The notes under the pieces are model-generated. The model was not told where the DNA came from, made no database searches, and was given only the letters and a program-made list of their open reading frames with translations. Positions 1 to 11,300 of a stretch of 64,000 nt of DNA are shown here, one piece after another. Made by a program: the position numbers and the translations under genes. Source of the DNA: Bacilli bacterium (GTDB lineage Bacteria > Bacillota_I > Bacilli_A > RFN20 > CAG-826); contig JAZQOV010000001.1 in NCBI GenBank assembly GCA_045628045.1, positions 32,001 to 96,000 on the forward strand. Direction: 5' to 3'. How positions within the stretch are numbered: position 1 is the first letter of the stretch; every line of letters begins with the position of its first letter.

Positions 1-2
1 CA

Positions 3-428
3 TTAGACTGGTCAAAAACTTTATCAAACGTATGTGCTCGCGTTCATCTCGTACATAGAAGAACAGAATTTAGAGGAAATCCAGACACAATTAAAGGATG
101 TAAAAATTTAGATGTTCATTTGCCATTTGTTCCGCATAGTTTAAATGTAGAAAATGGTAAAGCAACATCCGTTTCTATAAGAAATGTTGCAAATGAGAAT
201 GAAATTCTTGTCTTACCAACGGATTATATTTTCGTAAATTTCGGAAATGTCGCTTCTTTCCCTTTATACCCATTTAAAATGATCAATTCTTTCCTTGCTA
301 CAGATGAAAATTTAGTTATAGAAAAGAATATTTTCGCAATCGGAGATGTTTCTCAACACGAAAATAAAACCAGACGCATTGCGCCTGGTAATTTGGAAGC
401 TGATAAAGTTTTCAAACAAATTATTTAG
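3..428 (+). CDS. NAD(P)/FAD-dependent oxidoreductase, thioredoxin reductase-like ferredoxin-NADP+ reductase family (5' truncated by window edge)
   Basis: Frame is open from position 3: LDWSKTLSNVCARVHLVHRRTEFRG... The DW..L...V.L.HRR..FR and C-terminal IFAIGD motifs match the TrxR/YumC family. Confidence 0.8.
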   Translation, partial: LDWSKTLSNVCARVHLVHRRTEFRGNPDTIKGCKNLDVHLPFVPHSLNVENGKATSVSIRNVANENEILVLPTDYIFVNFGNVASFPLYPFKMINSFLATDENLVIEKNIFAIGDVSQHENKTRRIAPGNLEADKVFKQII

Positions 429-951
429 AAGTTTGCTCTTCAAACTTTTTATAGTAAGCACGAATTTCCTCATCAATGAATGGAAATTCTTTTTTATTTA
501 TCATTGAGTAGACTTTGTCTACTGATTTTTGAAGAACGTCTTTAATTTCTTCACTATAGCCTTGCTCTTCAGCGTGTTTTTTGTATTCATTAACGTCTAA
601 TAGACGTGTTGTTCCATCTTCATAAAGTTTGATGTCTAAATCGTAATCAATGTACTTTACAAAACCTTTATCATAAATAGCTGGAGAAGCAATATTTACA
701 TAGTAACAAATCCCTTTTTCTTTAAGCATTGCGATTACATTGAACCAATGTTTCTTAGAAAGAATGAAGATTGCTGGTTCTTTTGTGTGCCATTTTCTTC
801 CATCGCTTTCAATGACAGCGGCCCTAATAGAAGCAAAGATAAAATAATCATCATTCTCTTCTATAGAATAGGAATGAGTCCACTCTCTATGAATTTCTTC
901 GTTGTGCTTATAGGCTTGAATAATAACCCATCTTTTATCTAACGTTCTCAT
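421..951 (-). CDS. DUF402 family protein (YgaC/Ntdp-like nucleoside tri/diphosphate phosphatase)
   Basis: IQAYKHN..IHREW, E.DGR.W.TKEPAI, WFNVIAM, YYVNIASP and YIDYDLDIK motifs. Confidence 0.85.
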   Translation of the reverse strand: MRTLDKRWVIIQAYKHNEEIHREWTHSYSIEENDDYFIFASIRAAVIESDGRKWHTKEPAIFILSKKHWFNVIAMLKEKGICYYVNIASPAIYDKGFVKYIDYDLDIKLYEDGTTRLLDVNEYKKHAEEQGYSEEIKDVLQKSVDKVYSMINKKEFPFIDEEIRAYYKKFEEQTSK

Positions 952-1889
952 TATTTATTGAGGGCCTCCAGTAATTCACAAACGGCTTTAATATCTTTTT
1001 TGTACTTTTCAGTTGGTTTTGAATCAAATTCATTTTGCATCGGGAGAATCATTAAAGGATCATCATAGCCCATCATTATGTAGGCTTTGCCTTCATAAAG
1101 TGAAATAGCTACATCAACAAGAATTTTCTCTGTTTTAATTGCGTTTAAGGCTTTCGTGACTGGTCCAGTAATAACTTTTTTCCAATCTTTACCATTTGTA
1201 TAAATTGCCATTTTGTTATCTTCAAAAACATTTTTAACTTCTTCTAAATTTGTTGGAGGAAGAGCTCTATCATTGCCTTTTAAATAAACAAAAATTGGTG
1301 TTTTTCCTTTATAGGAAACTTTTCCTCTTAACATTTTACCAACAAATACAGGTTTCATGCTTCTCGCAGCTTTAATATTTCCTGCACAATCAACAATGCT
1401 AAGATCTAATTTCTTATATTTAAAAGTTGTGAGACCTCTTGAGCCTGTTTCACTAACATCTTTATATAATTTACATTCGTTAAATTCATCTAATGTGATT
1501 TTGCCAGGGCTTTGTAATTCAACATCCTTAAAATCTTTTGAATCTAAAGCGAATTCATTAATGCACTTAAAATATTCATTAAAGTAGATTTTTAATCTGC
1601 GATCGAATTTTTTGCGAACCCAGAAGCTGTATGCTAAACCAGCACCTAGGAAAACAATTGTGACAAGTAAAGTCACTGCTCCACGTGCTTTTTCTGGAAT
1701 AAAAGCCATTCTTGGAACAAGAACAAAAGCAACAATGACTGCTATAAAACAGAGCACTGCAACAATTGTTTTAACTGAATTATGCTTTTTATAAGATTTC
1801 CAGAATTCCAATCTTTTATCTTCGATAACTTGCAAAGATTTATGCGGATATTCTTTCTTATTTTGTAATTCTTTTGCGTCATTTTTCAT
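951..1889 (-). CDS. Hypothetical membrane protein (2 N-terminal TM helices plus soluble domain)
   Basis: 312-aa ORF with upstream GAGGA SD; its stop overlaps the next start by 1 nt (TAATG). Confidence 0.7.
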   Translation of the reverse strand: MKNDAKELQNKKEYPHKSLQVIEDKRLEFWKSYKKHNSVKTIVAVLCFIAVIVAFVLVPRMAFIPEKARGAVTLLVTIVFLGAGLAYSFWVRKKFDRRLKIYFNEYFKCINEFALDSKDFKDVELQSPGKITLDEFNECKLYKDVSETGSRGLTTFKYKKLDLSIVDCAGNIKAARSMKPVFVGKMLRGKVSYKGKTPIFVYLKGNDRALPPTNLEEVKNVFEDNKMAIYTNGKDWKKVITGPVTKALNAIKTEKILVDVAISLYEGKAYIMMGYDDPLMILPMQNEFDSKPTEKYKKDIKAVCELLEALNK

Positions 1890-1941
1890 ATTTGAAAATC
1901 CTCAGATATCTCTTTAATAATACGAAAATAGTTAAGCATTA

Positions 1942-2487
1942 TCAAATGCTTCTTAATGGATAACGCTGGTTTACCAATAAAATTGGTTTGTAAAGAAGAA
2001 GCATAGCGGCAAGTACAACTCCGCATACTGGTCCGATATATAAAATGTTGTAAATTAACCCTTCAATAAATGTAACTTTATAAAATAAAACCGATGATAT
2101 TGTGCTTGAAAGTAGTCTGCCTGTGCATCCCAAAATTACTCCAAGGCACATAAACAAAATCCCGGATAAAGTTATCTTTTCTTTAATAATAAACGGTTTA
2201 AAAAATCCAATTATTGCTATTGAACCAAAACCAAGAATGTAATCAAATGGTATTGAGTAAAATGGTTCTGCATCCTGAATAAAAGCTAGAAAAGCGTAAA
2301 CAATTCCAATAGAAACAAAACCTTTGAGTGGTCCAAACCTAAGTGCAAGAATAAAAAGCGGAATCATTGTCAAAGATATTGAGCCGCCATTTGCACCAAC
2401 TTTTATTTTTAAAAAAGGGATGTCTAAAACAATAGCTAGTGCCACTAGCATTGACATTTCTGTGATTTCTCTTACTGTTAATTTCAA
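1942..2487 (-). CDS. thiT: ECF-type thiamine transporter S component ThiT
   Basis: GGSISL.MIP and FDYIL.F motifs; hydrophobic; directly downstream of a TPP riboswitch; TTG start. Confidence 0.9.
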   Translation of the reverse strand: MKLTVREITEMSMLVALAIVLDIPFLKIKVGANGGSISLTMIPLFILALRFGPLKGFVSIGIVYAFLAFIQDAEPFYSIPFDYILGFGSIAIIGFFKPFIIKEKITLSGILFMCLGVILGCTGRLLSSTISSVLFYKVTFIEGLIYNILYIGPVCGVVLAAMLLLYKPILLVNQRYPLRSI

Positions 2488-2526
2488 AATAAAATCCGCC
2501 TTTGTAGCGGATCATTTTAATTAAAA

Positions 2527-2616
2527 AATTACCTCCGCTAGCATTACCTAGATCAGGTTCGGTTTAGCTTCGCAATAGAAGCAATCTCAGCCGAGTAATC
2601 TCAGCTCCCGTAAATA
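2527..2616 (-). promoter_or_regulatory. TPP (THI-box) riboswitch
   Basis: Minus strand reads CGGGAGCUGAG-AUUA-CUCGGC-UGAGA...ACCG-AACCUGAUCUAGGUAAUGCUAGCGGAGG, matching the TPP aptamer core; lies upstream of thiT. Confidence 0.93.
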
Positions 2617-2628
2617 AGTATAATTTTT

Positions 2629-3285
2629 TTAGTTATTCCAATCAATAACTTTTAAGTTTTTCTTCTCTAAAAATTTGTTGCATTCAATGAATGTATTTTG
2701 ATTAAACCAACCACCTTGATTTGCACCTAATGGAGATGGGTGAGTTCTCTTAATAACTAGGTGATTTTTGTTTGTCAAATACTTCTCATATTTTTGTGCG
2801 TTTCCACCCCAAAGCATGAAGACAATTGGTTGATCTAAATTATTCAAAAAACCCAGTAATTCCTTGATAAATTTCGAATAATCCTTACTTTTGTGAGACA
2901 TTGGTTGGCCTTCTCTAACAGTCAAAATTGTATTGATCAAAAACACACCTTGTGTTGTTAAATAAGTGAGATCTCCTTGCTTCTTACATGGCTTGCCAAA
3001 TTCAATTTCGATCTCCTTAAAAATGTTAATTAATGAAGGAGGACATTTGCACTCATTTGGAACAGAAAATGCGAGTCCCATTGCTTGACCTTTTTCGTGA
3101 TATGGATCTTGCCCAATAACAACAACTTTTGTCTTTTCAAGTGGAGTTAAATTAAAGGCATTAAAGATTAAATCTCTTGGTGGAAAAACAACATGATTTT
3201 TGTATTCCTCATCCCAAAATTTATTTAGGTTTTTAAAAAAATCTTCATCTTTAATTTGTTCAAAAAAATCTTTCCAGGTTTTCAT
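2629..3285 (-). CDS. ung: Uracil-DNA glycosylase (family 1)
   Basis: GQDPYH, GLAFSV, PPSL.NI, LWG and HPSPL motifs. Confidence 0.96.
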   Translation of the reverse strand: MKTWKDFFEQIKDEDFFKNLNKFWDEEYKNHVVFPPRDLIFNAFNLTPLEKTKVVVIGQDPYHEKGQAMGLAFSVPNECKCPPSLINIFKEIEIEFGKPCKKQGDLTYLTTQGVFLINTILTVREGQPMSHKSKDYSKFIKELLGFLNNLDQPIVFMLWGGNAQKYEKYLTNKNHLVIKRTHPSPLGANQGGWFNQNTFIECNKFLEKKNLKVIDWNN

Positions 3286-3342
3286 AACAATAATTATATC
3301 TATGATTTAGACCGAATAACAATGTATAATTGTATTAGGTCT

Positions 3343-4416
3343 ATGAAAAAAGTACTCATTGTATTCAATCATCCTGCTCCATATAAAGTTAGATTATTTA
3401 ACGAACTTTCAAAATATTTTGAGCTCCACGTTATATTCGAAAGAAATTCTGCAAGTGACAGAAATTCCAAATTTTATTTTGAAAATAAATATAACTTTAT
3501 AACACACAAAATCAAGGGTCTTCCTTTAGGAAAAGAGAATATTATTTCTTCCGGTGTTGCAAAACACTTAAAAGAAAATAAATATGACCTTATTGTGGTG
3601 AATGGCTATTCAACACTTGCCGAAATGAAGGCCTTATCTTATCTAAAAAAACATAAAATCTCGTACCTTTTTTACATAAATGGTGGTGTAGTTCCATCAA
3701 AAGAATGCAAATTAAAGGCTAAAATTAAACGCCACTTCATAGAGGGAGCAATGGGTTATCTTTCACCAGATGAAGAAAGTAATAAGTACTTAATTCACTA
3801 TGGCGCAAATGAGAAAAAGATCTTCAATTATCCATACTCAACGATTTATCAAAGCGAAATTTTAAAATCTCCTTCAAAGAAGAACAATTCAAGCGGATTT
3901 GAAAAAACATTTGTTTCTTCTGGTCAACTAATTAGAAGAAAGAATTACATCGAGCTAGTGAAAGTTTGGGCAAAAATGCCTAAATCTTATGCTCTTTATA
4001 TTTATGGAGACGGCAAACAAAAAGGTAAGATCCAAAAACTCATAAGAAAAGAACATATTGAAAATGTAATCCTCAAAGGATTCTTGCCAAGAAATGAAAT
4101 GCTTAAATTCTATTCATCATGTGATGCATTTATCTTCCCTTCAAAAAAAGATATTTACGGTCACGTAGTGAATGAAGCATTATCACAAGGTCTACCAGTT
4201 ATTTCATCAAATAAAGTTAATTCAGCAATCCATTTAATTAAAAATGGAATGAATGGTTATTTACTTGATCATCTAGACTCTGATAATTTATGCTCTGCAA
4301 TAAAGAAATTAGATATATCTAATCATTTTGATTCTTGTATTAAAACTGCCAGCGAGAACACAATTGAAAAAATGGCGAAAAAGCACGTAGAAATTTTTGA
4401 AGGAGCAATAAAATAA
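3343..4416 (+). CDS. Glycosyltransferase family 4
   Basis: Start reassigned to ATG 3343 (MKKVLIVFNHPAPY); GT-B motif FIFPS..DIYG.VVNEALSQGLPVISS. Confidence 0.88.
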   Translation: MKKVLIVFNHPAPYKVRLFNELSKYFELHVIFERNSASDRNSKFYFENKYNFITHKIKGLPLGKENIISSGVAKHLKENKYDLIVVNGYSTLAEMKALSYLKKHKISYLFYINGGVVPSKECKLKAKIKRHFIEGAMGYLSPDEESNKYLIHYGANEKKIFNYPYSTIYQSEILKSPSKKNNSSGFEKTFVSSGQLIRRKNYIELVKVWAKMPKSYALYIYGDGKQKGKIQKLIRKEHIENVILKGFLPRNEMLKFYSSCDAFIFPSKKDIYGHVVNEALSQGLPVISSNKVNSAIHLIKNGMNGYLLDHLDSDNLCSAIKKLDISNHFDSCIKTASENTIEKMAKKHVEIFEGAIK

Positions 4417-5585
4417 TGAATATTTTGTTATTTTCTACTGTTATGCACGATGCCTATTTTTCAAGCTATCAGGCAGAAGCCAAAATTAAACCAAATCCTT
4501 CAAACCAAAACTTTTATTCTAAATTAGTTAAAACATTTCTTATTGGAAATAATGTATCTGTAATTTCAAAACGACCATTAGTTAATGGGATGTTTAGCAA
4601 AAATTCTTTTGATGCAGATTTTTTCGCTGAAAAGAATTTGAAATTCTATTACACAAAAGTACAAGGAAATCGTTCTTACAAATTACTATCCGAAACAAAC
4701 GAAATTGTTAAAACTGCAAATAAAGCAATTGAGGATTTTGTCTCAAAAGACTTTATTATTGTAGTAGATAGTTTAAATTTTACTTTAGTAAAAGCTGCAA
4801 CAAAGGTTGCTAAAAAACATAATGCAAAAATTGTTGCGATGTTGACGGATAATCCATCAAATTTATCTCGTAAACACAATTTTATTAATAATTTATTAGT
4901 GAAAAAAGTTTCCAATTTTGATGGTTTCCTATCTCTTACTCAAGGCTTAGCGAATGTCTTCAATTCAAACAAACCTTCATACATTTTCGACGGCTTAGTT
5001 ACAGAAGAAACTATCGGCAAAGGAAGTCCGATCATAGATTATTTTTACTTTGCAGGTTCTCTTTATGAAAGATATGGCGTAAAAGACTTAATTGATGCCT
5101 TCCACGAGACTAACATTACTTCAAAACTTGTCATAGCTGGGTCTGGTCCACTGGACAAATATATAGAAAAGATGTCACGTGAAGATTATAGAATTCTTTA
5201 TTTAAGTCAGGTTGCTAAGGAAAATAATTTTGCATACATGAAAAATGCAATTGCAAACATAAATCCTCGACCACTTGATACAAGACTTGATGACCAATCT
5301 ATTCCATCGAAATTACTTGAGTATTTATCAATAGGAGTTCCAATTATATCCACGAAATTTCATAGATTTTTCGGTACTTTTAAAGATGATGTTACTTGGA
5401 TTGACGCAAATGGAAAAGATGCAATCAAAGAAGCATTAGAAAGATTTGTTGTGTCCGATATTAACGAAAATAAAAAGAAAGCAATTACTGCAAGACGAAA
5501 AGTTTTTGAGTTCTATGGATTAAATGTACAAGCCGAATCAATTAATTACTTTTTAGCTTCAATTAATTCATCAACTAATGACTGA
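4416..5585 (+). CDS. Glycosyltransferase family 4
   Basis: YFAGSL...YG and IPSKLLEYLSIGVPIIST motifs; coupled to upstream GT by TAATG overlap. Confidence 0.85.
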   Translation: MNILLFSTVMHDAYFSSYQAEAKIKPNPSNQNFYSKLVKTFLIGNNVSVISKRPLVNGMFSKNSFDADFFAEKNLKFYYTKVQGNRSYKLLSETNEIVKTANKAIEDFVSKDFIIVVDSLNFTLVKAATKVAKKHNAKIVAMLTDNPSNLSRKHNFINNLLVKKVSNFDGFLSLTQGLANVFNSNKPSYIFDGLVTEETIGKGSPIIDYFYFAGSLYERYGVKDLIDAFHETNITSKLVIAGSGPLDKYIEKMSREDYRILYLSQVAKENNFAYMKNAIANINPRPLDTRLDDQSIPSKLLEYLSIGVPIISTKFHRFFGTFKDDVTWIDANGKDAIKEALERFVVSDINENKKKAITARRKVFEFYGLNVQAESINYFLASINSSTND

Positions 5586-6727
5586 GTAAGTTTTGAAATT
5601 TGAAAGTTCTCTTCAAAGTAAGATTTATTATTGAGACCTAAAAGGTCTTTTTCTTTTGATTTTGCAATTTCGTCAAAAGCTCTAGCAATATCTTTTGCAT
5701 TTTCTTCAGCAAAAATTGAGCCTTTAGCTTTTGAAAGAACATCAACTGTGTCTCCTTTTGCTACAACAACTAATGGTTTTCCATATTTCATATATTGAAG
5801 GGCTTTGTTTGGTATTGTTTTTCCAACGTAGCCATCGTTTTTAAGCGAAACAATTAATGCGTCAGCGTTTTTATAATATGTTTCAGCTTTTTCAATTGGA
5901 TAAGCACCTTCATAAATGACTTTATCTTCAAGTTTTTCTTCTTTAATTTTATTAATTATCGAATCAAGTTCTGAACCCATTCCCATTAAATGAAGCTTTG
6001 CGTCAGGAGTTTTTACATATTTCATCGCATCAACTAATAAATCAGTAAGTTGCAATTTTCCAATGTTACCAGCGTAGACAAAATTATGTTTATTTTTGTA
6101 TTCAACAGGTTCATTGTTCTTGTTAGATAATAAAATTGGTTGGTATACAACATTAAAGACTTTATCTTTAATTCGAAGCTCTTTTTCAAAATATTCTTTG
6201 AAGGATGGTGAAGAAATTACAATTCGATCACATCTTTCATAAATTGATTTACTCCATTTATAAAGAATCTTATAAACTAAAGATCCTTTTCTAACTGCTT
6301 TAGTGACAACTGTAGATTCTGGCCAGAGATCTTGACAATATAAAACGCAAGGAACGTTGTTGTTCTTTGCATATTTTAAAGCTGGGCAAATTGAAATAAC
6401 TGGAGATAAAGAAATTGAAAGAACAACATCAAATTTTTCTTTTAATTTTCTTGCAAAATGTTTTCCGGAAACGTAAAAAGATAAATAGTTTTGAATAACT
6501 GAAAATCTTGAGTTTCTTCTTGGAATTAAACGAACACGGTGAACCTTAACCCCATTAATTTCTTCATATTTTACTTTTTTGTATTCTTTTAAAATATGGT
6601 GAAAACCATAATTCGGTTTTCCAGTAAGGACTGTTACATCGTGACCTTGTCTAACAAGTTCTTCGGCAATGTCACTCACTGAAAATCTTTCAGGATAATA
6701 ATATTGTGATACAAGCAATATTTTCAT
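5546..6727 (-). CDS. Glycosyltransferase family 4, WbuB/CapL-like
   Basis: SQYYYPE, GHDVTVLTG.PNY, QDLWPES, YAGNIG and IP.K...YM..GKP motifs. Confidence 0.9.
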   Translation of the reverse strand: MKILLVSQYYYPERFSVSDIAEELVRQGHDVTVLTGKPNYGFHHILKEYKKVKYEEINGVKVHRVRLIPRRNSRFSVIQNYLSFYVSGKHFARKLKEKFDVVLSISLSPVISICPALKYAKNNNVPCVLYCQDLWPESTVVTKAVRKGSLVYKILYKWSKSIYERCDRIVISSPSFKEYFEKELRIKDKVFNVVYQPILLSNKNNEPVEYKNKHNFVYAGNIGKLQLTDLLVDAMKYVKTPDAKLHLMGMGSELDSIINKIKEEKLEDKVIYEGAYPIEKAETYYKNADALIVSLKNDGYVGKTIPNKALQYMKYGKPLVVVAKGDTVDVLSKAKGSIFAEENAKDIARAFDEIAKSKEKDLLGLNNKSYFEENFQISKLTQSLVDELIEAKK

Positions 6728-6842
6728 ATTTATTAGTATTATATACTATTGATTTCGCCTTTAACATATTTTGATAATTCCAAAGACAATAAATAAATTT
6801 TTGTCTTTTGTTTTTTGAGTTTTTCGCACATATAATAAATGC

Positions 6843-8306
6843 ATGCACGAAACGGTTAGAAGCAACGTTATTGTTAATTTAATTCGTACTATTACGATGA
6901 CAATTTTATCATTCGTTACTTTCCCATACGTCTGTAGAGCACTCGGAGATAAAGCCTTTGGTTTATACTCCTGGGCCGTCTCTTTTGTTTATTATTTTTT
7001 AGTGCTCGCAAGAATTTCAATTCCAAATATTGCGGTTCGTGAAATTGTAAAAGTTAAGGATGATAAAGAAAAATTATCGCAAAAAACACATGAATTTTTC
7101 ATTATTCAAGCAATTGCGACATTATTATCCTTTGGGTTAATGTGTGTTATTTTCTTCAGCGTTCCTTCATTTAATAATGTAGATACAAAATCAATCGTAT
7201 TTCTTTTATCGCTAAATTTCTTAACTGGAGTTTTATCTTTTGAATGGATTTTTACTGCCTTTGAAAAACATACATACATGGCAGTTAGATCAATAGTTAT
7301 TACAACAATTGTAGATATTCTAATTTTCGCATTTATTAAGTACGAGTCTCATTTGCCTTTATACACATTCTTTTGTATTCTCACTACAGTTTTGACTGTA
7401 ATCTCAAACTTAGTTTATCTCCCAAATGTTGTTACTCTTAGAAAACCAAAACAAATAAATTTAAAACAATATCTTCCAATGATTGGAATCATGTTTATTA
7501 TTTCTGTTTTAGCCGCTATCTACGATAAAACTGACACATTTATTTTGGGCCTTATTGATCCAAGTAAAGCTGCTGTTGGTGCTTATGCAGTAGGAATGAA
7601 AGCAGTAGAAATTGTAATTGGAGTTATAGCAGGTCTTTCAACTGTGTTTATTCCACGCGCAACTGCCTATTACGAGGCGAATGACGCAAGACAATTTAAA
7701 AATATCAATGTTTATTCCGCAAATATTTGCTTATTTATCACTCTTCCGGCTACAGCACTTATGATTTGCTTAGCAAAACCATTAACTTTGCTTCTTGGCG
7801 GAACTGTTGGCTATGTTAATTCCAATATGGTTTTAGTCTCCCTTGCATCATTAATGGTTACATTCTCAATCTCGCTTATTATTTACACTCAAATACTTAT
7901 CCCGTCAAAACGTGAGAAAACTTACTTATTTGTACTCTTATTTGGAGTTATCACTAATATAGCGCTCTCATTAATTTTTGGATTAGTTGCTTTTAAAGAA
8001 AATCCTGCATTTGGAGTTGCACTTGGAACTGCTATAACAGATACGCTTATTCTTATTGGAATGATTTCCCTTACTTGGAAAGATTCCCGTCACATTCTTC
8101 TTAGTTGGAATAACTTAAAACTTCTAGGCGTTACATTCATTATTGTAGGCGCTACACTTCTTTTAAATAACTTAATTGTTATTGATGAAGAAGAACCGCT
8201 TTTAAAACTAGTAATTATCTTTGCAATTGATGTTGTTCTTTATATAACTGGTTGCCTCGCATGCAAAGAAAAACTCATAAGTTCTTTTATAAGTAGAAAA
8301 GATTAA
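6843..8306 (+). CDS. Wzx-type polysaccharide flippase (MOP superfamily)
   Basis: Highly hydrophobic multi-TM protein; N-terminal TFPYVCRALG...G.Y and IY...D..ILG....VG.Y motifs. Confidence 0.9.
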   Translation: MHETVRSNVIVNLIRTITMTILSFVTFPYVCRALGDKAFGLYSWAVSFVYYFLVLARISIPNIAVREIVKVKDDKEKLSQKTHEFFIIQAIATLLSFGLMCVIFFSVPSFNNVDTKSIVFLLSLNFLTGVLSFEWIFTAFEKHTYMAVRSIVITTIVDILIFAFIKYESHLPLYTFFCILTTVLTVISNLVYLPNVVTLRKPKQINLKQYLPMIGIMFIISVLAAIYDKTDTFILGLIDPSKAAVGAYAVGMKAVEIVIGVIAGLSTVFIPRATAYYEANDARQFKNINVYSANICLFITLPATALMICLAKPLTLLLGGTVGYVNSNMVLVSLASLMVTFSISLIIYTQILIPSKREKTYLFVLLFGVITNIALSLIFGLVAFKENPAFGVALGTAITDTLILIGMISLTWKDSRHILLSWNNLKLLGVTFIIVGATLLLNNLIVIDEEEPLLKLVIIFAIDVVLYITGCLACKEKLISSFISRKD

Positions 8307-8317
8307 TATTTGTAAAT

Positions 8318-8354
8318 AAAAAAGACCGGTCATAAACAACAGATCGGTCTTTTT
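8318..8354. terminator. Bidirectional intrinsic terminator between convergent flippase and giant lipoprotein genes
   Basis: AAAAAAGACCGGTC-loop-GATCGGTCTTTTT. Confidence 0.8.
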
Positions 8355-8370
8355 AAATTATAACTTCATG

Positions 8371-11300
8371 TTATTTTGTGTATGAAGCGTTCCAAAGAAC
8401 AAAACGGTTTCCTGATGTTGCAGAAATAGTTAAAGTTGTTGCTCCGGATAAACTTGAGACATCAATTTCAAATTTAAATGATGCTTCATTTGTTGATCCA
8501 AGAGTGTAGGTAGGACCAGTCCCTGCAACACCTGCATCTGATGTTAGTGAGAAGCTCTTTGAAATTCCCCCACCAGAAACAGAAATTGTGACACTTTCTT
8601 TGTTCCAACCTGCTGCATAGAAAGTGAGATTTTTCGCTCCAGATGGAACACTTATTGTTGTTGAACCTGCTGCAGAGCCGGTACCAGCTTTAATAGAATT
8701 AGAATAAGAAGTTCCATTAAAGACGACTGTTGCGCTTCCGCCTAAATCAATAGGGGAACTTGTTGTTGTACCTTTTGGTACAACTGTAACACTACAAGTT
8801 GCTGTCTTTTCACCATCAGTTGTTTTAACTGTAATAGTTGCTGTTCCTTGTGCAATACCTGTAACCTTGCCTGTGCTATCAACAGTCGCAACACTGCTAT
8901 TACTTGATGACCAAGTTACTGATTTATCGTTTGCATTAGATGGAGCAACTGTTGCAACTAATGTTTCATTACTTCCAACATTTATACTTGTGGATGTTTT
9001 ATTTAATGAAACGCTTTGTACAGGTACTTGTTCCGCACTTCCCATTTCGTTAAAGTGAACCTCAATTGAAGAGAAGTATGATGCACCTTTTGTCCACACA
9101 ACACTGAAATAATTACATCCTGCAGGAGCACTAACGTTGAAACTTCCAACTGTAATTAAACTTAAATCTGTATTTGCACCATAACTTGTATCATTTCCAG
9201 TTGGTGTAACAGATGAGCCAAATCTAACTGAACCTGTTGCAGCGGCTCCTGCGGCATAACCAACGTTAAATTTGATGTATGTAATGTTTTTACTGAATGC
9301 AATTTTATTATGCAATTCAGAACTCTTGCTACTGTTTCCTTGCAATGTATCACTATTGCCTTTGCATAACATTGTCCAAGCAAGATCTGTATTTGTTCCA
9401 TCAGCATATGAATCAAGTCCAAGACTTGCCGCATCGATTGAGTATAAATCAACATTGGAAACATCAATTTGTGGTTCTGTTGGTTTAGTAACAGTAAATG
9501 AATATGTTGCAGTTTTTTCAATTCCGCCTTCGGTATAAGAAATTGTTACTGAAGTATCTGTAACAGCTAAAGCTGTAGTTTTTGAAATTGTATAATCTGT
9601 AACAACTGCATCTTGTTTGCCTTGTGTATAGTGTGCTGTAACAACTAAGTCGTCCTTTGAAATTACGGCGCCTACACTATAAGCGTTTGTTTTTCCCTCA
9701 GCATTAGCAACAGAAATAGAATCTAAAACTGGAGCTGGTGTTACTGTAACAGATACGTTAGCTGTAAAGCCATTGTATGTAATTACAATACTATTTGTAC
9801 TGGTTGTGAGTGGATCAGTAGAATATGTAAATCCCGAACTAATTGTTTCTGGTTCGTGTGGGGATGAATATGAAACAGTAATTGTCATTCCGGATGGATT
9901 GAAGGACTCACCTTCAACATAAGTTGTTTTTGATGGTTGAGTTGCAACTGCAATACCCGAAATAACTTTTTCTGCAGCAGCTACTGTAACAACGCATGTT
10001 GCTGAGAAATCGCCAGCGGTAGCAGTTACTGTTACTTCACCAGCAGCAAGTGCATGAACAAGACCATTTGAAACTGTAACAATACCTTGTTCAGAAACAG
10101 TCCAAGTAACTGTTTTATCATCTGCATCTGCTGGAGCAACTGTTGCAACAAGTTGCACATCAGCATCTAGAACATGCATTGATAGTGTGGATTGATTTAA
10201 TGTAATGCCGGTTACAGGTACCGGAGCCTTTGTAACAGTAATTGGTACTTGAACGGTTTTGGTTACATCGTCCTCGGTGTAAGAAACGACAACATATTCA
10301 TCACCAAGGGCTAAGGTAGTTTTATCGATACTATAATCACTTGATTGAAGAACCTTGTCTGCTCCTCCATTTGTATATTTTGCAGTAATAACCATGCCGT
10401 TTGCATCAAATGATTCGCCAACATAATAACTTGATTTGGTTGGTGCAGTTGTTAGCTCTAATGAGCTTAATTTTGCAACTGGTTCTGAAACAGATCCGTC
10501 GACAAACTCAATTTTTGTAATACAGATACCGTAGTTGTTACTACTAGCATCTTTTGATTCAAGAAGAAGTGAACCTGTATTTTCAGCAATTTCAAACTCA
10601 ATACTAATTGGTTCTAAATCACCAAGAACGGCTTTCTTTGTGACGTCTTTTGTAATGCCATTAACTGTTAATGTTCCGTCGTCTCTAGCACCAATAACGT
10701 CCATTTTAATTTTAGAGAATGTTGCAGTTGGATCTAATGTTAAAGAAATTGAGCCTTTAGCTTGACTTTTTCCAACTTTTAAACAATTCCAGATATTCCA
10801 TTGAGTATCACCAGAACCACCATTACCACCAATATAGGCATTGGTTGGTGAACTCATTCCGGTAATAATTGCTCCTCCATCTGAAACTACACACCCCATA
10901 AATTGTTCTGATGTCCATGTTCCAACGTTTTGAGCCGAAGTTTTATCATTAATAAATGTATATGAAATTGATGAATGGGCAACTTTAGCAACGACTTCGA
11001 TTGTAAAGGTGGCTGAACCAATAACTTGACCTTCAACTTCATAATATGCCGTTGCTGTAACACCAGTTTTGATAACCGATGTGTCACATTCAACTCTTGT
11101 GGCTTTTACAGTGCCTGTTGATCCATCATCATATGAAACATTTAATGAAATATCAGAAGCCTTAATTGTAGAATTCTGTTCTACAGTTGTTGGAAGACCT
11201 TGAGAAACAACTGATGTAACAGCAGTAATTGTTTTTGGAGCTGGTTTTGAAACAGATACAACATAACCGCCACTTGTTTCTGGTTTTCCATTACTATATT

